From Pelagomonas calceolata (lineage: Eukaryota), in contig CAKKNE010000001.1 in assembly GCA_918797485.1 (NCBI GenBank), forward strand, positions 806,001 through 870,000: a stretch of 64,000 bases of DNA, written 5' to 3'. Made by a program: the position numbers and the translations under genes. Each line of letters begins with the position of its first letter. The stretch's first letter is position 1. The notes under the pieces were generated by a model that worked only from the letters and a program-made list of their open reading frames with translations, was not told the DNA's origin and ran no database searches. Below are positions 61,471 to 64,000 of the stretch, piece after piece.

Positions 61471-63654
61471 CTAGCGGTGGTGCGACGTGCCGCTGCGCCG
61501 CTTGCCCTCGTTCATCCAGCGGATCAGCTTCGGCCCCGTCTTGCGGTCGGCCTCGCCGCCGCGCGCCATGCGGTTCATCTTCTTCTGGGCCTTCTTCTGC
61601 AGCAGGCGCGCGCGGTCCTGGGCCGCCTGGCCATCGAGGCCCTGCTCGTTGCGCGGCGGCGGCCGCGACGACGACCGGTGCGCCGACGCGGCTCTCGAGG
61701 CGTCCCGCCTTCGTTTCTTCGCCGCCGGCTCTCGAGCGACACTCTTCGATCTTTCAACGGACGTGTCCATGGCGTCATCAGGTCTACGAGACAAGCTCCG
61801 CCCGCGCTTCTCGGCGGCCGCTCGAGCTCGGCCCCGCAACGTATCGGCGGGCGGCGCCTCCTCCGTCCGTAATCTAGCAGCGCGAGGCAAGGGCGCGTTC
61901 CGCCGATTCGTCGACGCTTGCGCTCGATTCCTAGCAAGTAACTGGCGATCTCTCATCGCCTTGATAATAGCAGCCTCTTGCGGGGTGAGTCGAGCCGCCT
62001 CCAACTGCGCATCCAACTGGTCCAGCGTCTGGTCCGTCTCCACTTCTAAATCATCCAAAGCCGCGAGCTTCTCGAGGACGTCCTCATCCACAAAATCGAG
62101 GACGTTTTTCCCGTCCATGATTTCGGGCTGGATGTCCGTGGCGAACTCGTCGCAGCGCAGCTGGCCGATGTACTCCCGCGACGTTTCGCCCGAGTAGACG
62201 CCGGGGCCTCCTCCCGCCCACATGCGTTCCCGTTCCGTCGTTCGAGGCGGCCTCGCGCTCGCGGCTCGCGCCGCCTCCGCGTCGCGCGCTATGGCTCGAG
62301 CTTGCTGGGCCGCGTGTTCGGCTTGTTGAGCCGCATCTGTAGTAGAGCCGTGGCCGCCGTCTCTCGCTTCCAGAGCCGCTAATTCTAACCGATCCGCGTC
62401 TTGCGCGGCGCGGGCCGCGCGTTTCTCCAATTTCTTCGCCTTTCGCGCCGCTAAGACGGACGCGGGGATACTCGGCCCGCGGTCCTCGTCGGCGCCCATC
62501 GGTAGCGCCGTCGCTAACGCGGGCCTCCGTTGCGCCGCGTCCGCGGGCGTGGCCACGAGTCGCGTCAACTTGTCTCGCAACCGCGACCCGCCGGCCGCCG
62601 CCCGGCGCCGATCGACCCTAGCCTGCAACAGGACATCACAGGCCGCATCTTTCACGGCCTGGACGCCAGCTTCCGTGACGTTCGACATCGGGACTAAAAC
62701 CGCGTCCGGGTCGTGCGCGGCACACATGTCCTTCAACATCTGCTGGTGGTCCGCCGATAAATCCTCAAGAGGCTTGGCGTCGACCTTGTTCGCCACGATG
62801 ACCAATTGCTTGTCCGCGAACAGCGGTCGGATACTATCATACAATGATTTTTGTTGTTCCAGGGTGTAGCCGCACTGCTCCGAGACGTCGACGAAAAACA
62901 GCACGGCGCACGGCAAATGCGCCAAAGCGGTCACGGCCTGCATCTCGATGACGTTGCGCTTCTCGAGCTCGTGATCCAAGATCCCGGGGGTGTCGATGAC
63001 CTGCCACCGCAAGTAGCGGTGGTCCATGTGGCCGACATACAGCGCTTTGGTCGTGAAGGCCCAGGGCTGCACTTCCACATCCGCTCTTGTTACCTTGTTC
63101 ACGAAGCTGCTTTTACCGACGTTGGGAAAGCCACATACTAATAGCGTTCGAGCTGTGGGATCCAATGCTGGTAAGCGTCCCAAATGTTTCCTCACTTCCT
63201 CCAGGTAAGCTAGGGCGGCCCGCTGCCTCTTGATCAGTGTCGCCATCCGTCCCAACGCCGCGACCTTCAAAGCTTTACATCTGTACAAAGAATCCGCGTA
63301 CTTGATCAGACGCACGTAGTCGCGACAGACCGTCTCGCAGAGCTTCTTGCAGGTGTTCAACTGGCCCAGCGCGAGCTTGTAGTGGTCCCTATCATACAAC
63401 ACGCCCATGAGGTCGCCGTGGAACGGGTGGACGTCGTCCAAGCGCGGGAAGTCGCTCACGATGGCGCCTAGTCTCTCGCTTATCGTTTGTTGCGTGAACT
63501 TGACCTTCCTCATGTAGAAACTCCGGATGCGCGTGATTTTGTACCCGGGGTGCACGACGGTCGGCGTCTTCCTTTGCGTGCGCATCAAGACAATGTCTAC
63601 TAATTCGGCGGCCGTGGGCACGGCGGCTAAGCGCTTGAGGTCGTAGGTGACCAT
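61471..63654 (-). CDS. NOG1: Nucleolar GTP-binding protein 1
   Basis: [60 protein letters not shown]. Confidence 0.96.
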   Translation of the reverse strand: MVTYDLKRLAAVPTAAELVDIVLMRTQRKTPTVVHPGYKITRIRSFYMRKVKFTQQTISERLGAIVSDFPRLDDVHPFHGDLMGVLYDRDHYKLALGQLNTCKKLCETVCRDYVRLIKYADSLYRCKALKVAALGRMATLIKRQRAALAYLEEVRKHLGRLPALDPTARTLLVCGFPNVGKSSFVNKVTRADVEVQPWAFTTKALYVGHMDHRYLRWQVIDTPGILDHELEKRNVIEMQAVTALAHLPCAVLFFVDVSEQCGYTLEQQKSLYDSIRPLFADKQLVIVANKVDAKPLEDLSADHQQMLKDMCAAHDPDAVLVPMSNVTEAGVQAVKDAACDVLLQARVDRRRAAAGGSRLRDKLTRLVATPADAAQRRPALATALPMGADEDRGPSIPASVLAARKAKKLEKRAARAAQDADRLELAALEARDGGHGSTTDAAQQAEHAAQQARAIARDAEAARAASARPPRTTERERMWAGGGPGVYSGETSREYIGQLRCDEFATDIQPEIMDGKNVLDFVDEDVLEKLAALDDLEVETDQTLDQLDAQLEAARLTPQEAAIIKAMRDRQLLARNRAQASTNRRNAPLPRAARLRTEEAPPADTLRGRARAAAEKRGRSLSRRPDDAMDTSVERSKSVAREPAAKKRRRDASRAASAHRSSSRPPPRNEQGLDGQAAQDRARLLQKKAQKKMNRMARGGEADRKTGPKLIRWMNEGKRRSGTSHHR

Positions 63655-64000
63655 GGTTTTTATGTGGGTGCGCGGCGGCGGCGTTTACGCTGTGTGTTGT
63701 CGTGCGCTGCGGCGTTTACGCTCGCTCGCTGTCCGTCCGAGTTTTGCTGCTGCAGGTGCTACAGGGCAAAGAGCCCAGCTATACGCAAGCTGACGCTGCG
63801 ACCGAGCAGGCTTCGCAGCCGTGCTGTGTCAAAGCTTTGGCGCGTGTACGAAGCTGAAACGAGACGCTCGTCAAGGTCGCGCGTCGAGAGCAATGGGCAA
63901 ATGCGGCGATGAAAAAACGCAGCTCAGGAGACGCGGCGTCGTGGAAGGCTCCTCCGGGCGCGCGAGGCGTATGGAGCGGTCGGGAGGAGTGCTTCCAGGG

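Noticed and set aside
1..64000. CRISPR array, rRNA, tRNA or autonomous transposase
   Set aside because: No regularly spaced repeat-spacer array, no recognisable rRNA or tRNA, and no transposase or RT motifs in the ORF track.

Overview
Eukaryotic nuclear DNA: GC-rich and very gene-dense, with about 43 protein-coding genes in 64 kb, few introns, many short head-to-head promoters and near-abutting convergent 3' ends. Bipartite-looking plastid targeting peptides and the intron type suggest a photosynthetic stramenopile, probably a pelagophyte (Pelagomonas/Aureococcus-like); this is inference. Recognisable genes: ATR, type-II NADH dehydrogenase, kinase-PP2C fusion, SRPRB, ferredoxin, uroporphyrinogen-III methyltransferase, RMND1, SNRNP27, ArfGAP, REI1/ZNF622, BT1 transporter, AspH-like, TenA-like, enoyl-CoA hydratase and NOG1. 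Main non-coding observations: (1) Most of the 11 introns I can reconstruct look like introner-type DNA transposons, with TIRs supplying the 3' AG and an 8-bp target-site duplication supplying the GT or GC donor. (2) A recurrent 23-24 bp GCTAG-N13/14-CTAGC motif sits in upstream regions. (3) A 15-mer (ACGCCATCGCCGCGA) recurs behind stop codons, with a sister 14-mer inside introns. (4) A 439-bp MITE carries the upstream motif. (5) There is a ~280-nt structured ncRNA candidate. Also notable is a secreted 2OG-oxygenase-like protein fused to an RRL-delimited six-Cys tail. All calls are by eye; no searches were run.
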